Shown here: positions 62,201 to 64,000 of the stretch, piece after piece
How the letters are laid out: every line of letters begins with the position of its first letter
Numbering within the stretch: the first letter of the stretch is position 1
IMG/VR virus record: IMGVR_UViG_3300027708_000015
DNA length: 64,000 bases
Source of the DNA: a virus
Lineage: Duplodnaviria; Caudoviricetes
Direction: 5' to 3' (one strand)
Notes under the pieces: generated by a model
The model's input: the letters and a program-made list of their open reading frames with translations, nothing else
Told to the model about the DNA's origin: nothing
The model's database searches: none
Position numbers and translations under genes: made by a program

Positions 62201-64000
62201 GAATGCCAGGTCCAGACAAGACCATTCCTTGCAAAAATGTGCCAGTGGTAGTTCCGCCTGGTATAAATTTGCCAGCATTGAATCTGGCGGCAGTTGACTT
62301 GGCAGTACTGCTGGCTCTAATGCAGAAATTGTAAGTGGGCGTTCCTTGTGTGACAAATGGACTTCCAATGATTGTACTACCTTGCAATATCAATCCAGGC
62401 GGTAATGATCCACTAACCACCGTAAATGTTATTCCAGCAGTATCGGACAATGGAGGAGGACTAGTGCTAGGTGATCGAGCAACTATGCTTGGAACAGCGC
62501 CTGAAATAAGGTCTGCACGTTCTACTGCTACAAATGCATCAGTCTGCATGTGTACTGTATCAGTATTACGTAAAATTATATCAGATAAAGTAGTGTTATT
62601 AATCCAGGTTAAATCTGTTGGATTCCATGGTTGATTTTGATACCAAGATTGATCGCCATCTCGTAATCGACTCATTTGATCTGCTATGATGGCACGGAAT
62701 GTTGGACCTACCATTGCTCCTGGATAGCGATCCTCTGCAAGACCGCCAACCCATAAATCTATGTCATTAATATTAACATAAGCTGAATGTAATGCATTGG
62801 CTGTAGTTGCATCGCTAGTAATTTGACTAAAGCTAGTATATGCTGAAAACCCTAATGCTACACGCATTTGATTTAAACTTGGAAGGCCTAAATCACGCCC
62901 ACGTTGTATGTTTGTTGCGGCAAGATCTAACGCTGCCGGAGGATCGTTAAGCAAGTTACGTAAGTCTTCAATAATGTATACATCTAATTTGTTAGATATA
63001 TCGCTGGCTAATTTTCTTAAGAATCCGTTTGCGCCACCGTTGCGTTCATACTGTGCAGGTGTTAAGAAAAACGCTTGTCCTAAAGTTAAAGATTCTGTAA
63101 TGTTGCCCGCTTCATCTACACGATCTTGTGCGCCAGACACTATGCTATGGCCAAAGCGTAGTGCCGCGGCAGCAAATTCTATTTTTATACTTGCATCGAC
63201 TTCAGGTTTAAATCCAGTGTAAGCAGATATCGCATCATTACCGATAATCTTTGGTAACCATTCTTTGTAAGTAATGACTTGTTCTTCTGCAATAACAATA
63301 TTGCGGGCACGTTGATATAACTGTTCACCCGTCCAAGATGGATTAGCCGCACGTAGCTGATCAACATGCCAGTTGTGTTCTCTAATGAATAATGTTTGTA
63401 TAGACGTTAAATCCGGATTTTCAGTTCCACGGGGATCTCCAAACAAAAATGATCCATTAACAATGGGACCATATTGTCCGTTGCTAGATGTTAACAATTT
63501 GCCAGTAGTGGCGATTGAACCGCCTTCTCGCAATAATACTGGGTTAGTAAATCCACTAACTGGTGTAACACCGGGAGGGTATGCAATACCATAAACTACA
63601 CTACCATCGATCCATCCAGTTACATCGTTGATTGGTAGTGCAACAATGCCATTGATCCCAGTACCTGCGGCAACCTGCGCACGAGATACAGGAATATGAC
63701 TACCTGGTGTTAGGTTAGTATCTCCAGCAGGTACTATAACATCGATATTAGCACCGCCAGTTCTTTCACTAGCTAGTTCATGAGTTATGAATTGACCCCA
63801 TGCATACATGAATCCACTATAGCCAGTTGGATCAACAGTTTCACCTTCATTTACTTGATCCCATACTACTAAATTACTAACTGTGCGAGCATTGGCTAGA
63901 TCAGTACGCATAGCATGTAAGCCATCTGTATAGCTGTTTACTGCATTTCGAGCAAATGGTGCTCCTGCACTATTGCGTAACGGTGCTGTAGGATGGTGCC
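59262..64000 (-). CDS. Large baseplate-wedge-like structural protein with Ig-like repeats and an N-proximal animal-type heme peroxidase domain; 5' end lies outside the window
   Basis: Frame stays open from 63911 to the window edge (HHPTAPLRNSAGAPFARNAVNSYTDGLHAM…); peroxidase motifs WGQFITHE, IDGSVVYG, GDPRGTEN, REHN, RFGHS, NIQRGRD; SGSLPPGL Ig-like repeats; acidic FD-rich segment. Confidence 0.8.
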   Translation of the reverse strand, partial: HHPTAPLRNSAGAPFARNAVNSYTDGLHAMRTDLANARTVSNLVVWDQVNEGETVDPTGYSGFMYAWGQFITHELASERTGGANIDVIVPAGDTNLTPGSHIPVSRAQVAAGTGINGIVALPINDVTGWIDGSVVYGIAYPPGVTPVSGFTNPVLLREGGSIATTGKLLTSSNGQYGPIVNGSFLFGDPRGTENPDLTSIQTLFIREHNWHVDQLRAANPSWTGEQLYQRARNIVIAEEQVITYKEWLPKIIGNDAISAYTGFKPEVDASIKIEFAAAALRFGHSIVSGAQDRVDEAGNITESLTLGQAFFLTPAQYERNGGANGFLRKLASDISNKLDVYIIEDLRNLLNDPPAALDLAATNIQRGRDLGLPSLNQMRVALGFSAYTSFSQITSDATTANALHSAYVNINDIDLWVGGLAEDRYPGAMVGPTFRAIIADQMSRLRDGDQSWYQNQPWNPTDLTWINNTTLSDIILRNTDTVHMQTDAFVAVERADLISGAVPSIVARSPSTSPPPLSDTAGITFTVVSGSLPPGLILQGSTIIGSPFVTQGTPTYNFCIRASSTAKSTAARFNAGKFIPGGTTTGTFLQGMVLSGPGIPVGTYIVSPNGDGTFAVNITKNITSVATNGSGFADRTFTMQINGANAPVFLTPAGNLPVGVHQQLYTLDSNFVAYQIEAFDLNTVLGAHLKYFIASGDGNLPPGLTLSDDGLISGYVLPNPQTVISVSDGSGAFDDTYFDNAGYDFAVVPTDGFDSYQYDDVTWDYSSNVRVPSTLNQNYQFKVTVSDGVTSAQRIFKIFVLGTDQFRADSTSTDGFAGAFTADSSFLRNPVWLSKSNLGTFRANNYLTVPVLLYDRKDVIFRLETTNCEVYAQTKRIALTDNIQSLSIRGNITAGSNIITDVNNANVYQVGQSVQSDGIPPGTLINSVSSDLTLASVVITGVRGTFSCAYTSQQLYVGQRITVSGQFSIPQMISNYTNATTSSVYYVIATNGFTQFTLSTKRDGSAVVTVAGTPSGVVFTSNAYTVTLSNNCTISSIASTIIIYGGTTLSIINASGTPLVGQYFTFNNYIAGATETLYQISKVASLGSGSYRLTLNRPLDLAPPDLSVFYIGSLTKLPLGTSFDVNTGEIFGRVPYTPAITTSYTFTVTAVRSSASLLSTETVISFKTFNILILGSVTSQITWNTPSNIGSIPAAYPSTLSISASSNVINTTVLYTITSGSLPPGLQLTSDGEIIGTPNQYYNGTTGLLGLTTFNNSDTTFDKNLTTFNRSFQFTVTASDSYQYSALPKTFTISVTTPNTVPYSNVYTQPFLAPTQRNAWKAFVNNTAIFTPNSIYRTNDPSFGLQPNLKMLVYAGIQTESAAAYVGAIGLGVKRKRFKFGSVKTAIAVDPNSNSNVYEVVYIQMLDPSEPDNLHPSASFNTGSSAPQTITVDDSNSIWSTNLSDLTASAPSNVRPAYEITVDSTGYEVSNPNTNTYYNNSITNWQKRIGTVGLTERNYLPLWMRSIPKGSKAQPGYVLCVPICFCKPGTSAGIALNIKHSGFDFNTIDYTVDRFTISAVTGYTSDKYLVFRDDRITV
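59296..59303 (-). promoter_or_regulatory. T4-like late promoter (GATAAATA) inside the 3' end of the baseplate gene
   Basis: Recurrent motif 31 nt upstream of 59265. Confidence 0.55.

Noticed and set aside
448-63594. Many short ORF-track entries antisense to or nested in long genes (e.g. 636..1178, 35469..35867, 44005..44547, 62335..62634)
   Set aside because: Shadow ORFs of well-supported genes on the other strand or frame; no SD sites or recognisable motifs
1-64000. CRISPR arrays, tRNA or rRNA genes
   Set aside because: No regularly spaced repeats or cloverleaf-like sequences seen; intergenic gaps are mostly under 100 nt. A tRNAscan-SE run would be needed to exclude tRNAs fully.
1-64000. 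Stop-codon reassignment as in some large phages
   Set aside because: Recognisable genes are full length under the standard bacterial code, and TAA, TAG and TGA all act as stops at coupled junctions
63911-64000. ATG at 63911 as the true start of the baseplate/peroxidase gene
   Set aside because: The frame is open to the window edge and the upstream residues continue the peroxidase N-terminal pattern

Overview
This is a 64 kb AT-rich, gene-dense segment of a large T4-like tailed dsDNA phage of a Gram-negative host (holin, endolysin and two-component spanin present). Bases 55-11.5 kb (+) carry five tail-fibre/structural genes in two paralogous sets, followed directly by a four-glycosyltransferase cassette. 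Bases 11.5-35 kb (-) carry metabolism and replication genes: thyX, a MoxR/VWA pair, T4-type RNase H, a 7-deazaguanine DNA-modification cluster (queE, folE, QueD/DpdL-like, TGT/DpdA-like) interleaved with a PRTase, cupin, GT-B glycosyltransferase and HNH nuclease, then sliding clamp, short UDP-sugar dehydrogenase and family B polymerase. Bases 35-46.5 kb (-) form a late-promoter block of probable internal head proteins, including Dps and a 1105-aa protein with three different nucleotidyl-transfer folds. Bases 46.5-57 kb hold clpA-def-dnaJ, the lysis cassette, phoH, clamp loader, groES and a truncated DnaE-like fragment. Bases 57.7-64 kb (-) are structural genes; the last one runs off the window edge and joins an apparently intact animal-type heme peroxidase domain to Ig-like/baseplate sequence. 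The best leads are the peroxidase-baseplate fusion, the deazaguanine-plus-sugar cluster, the triple nucleotidyltransferase and several consensus sigma70 promoters built into hairpins. I found no tRNA, rRNA or CRISPR array. All calls come from motif recognition by eye; no database searches were run.
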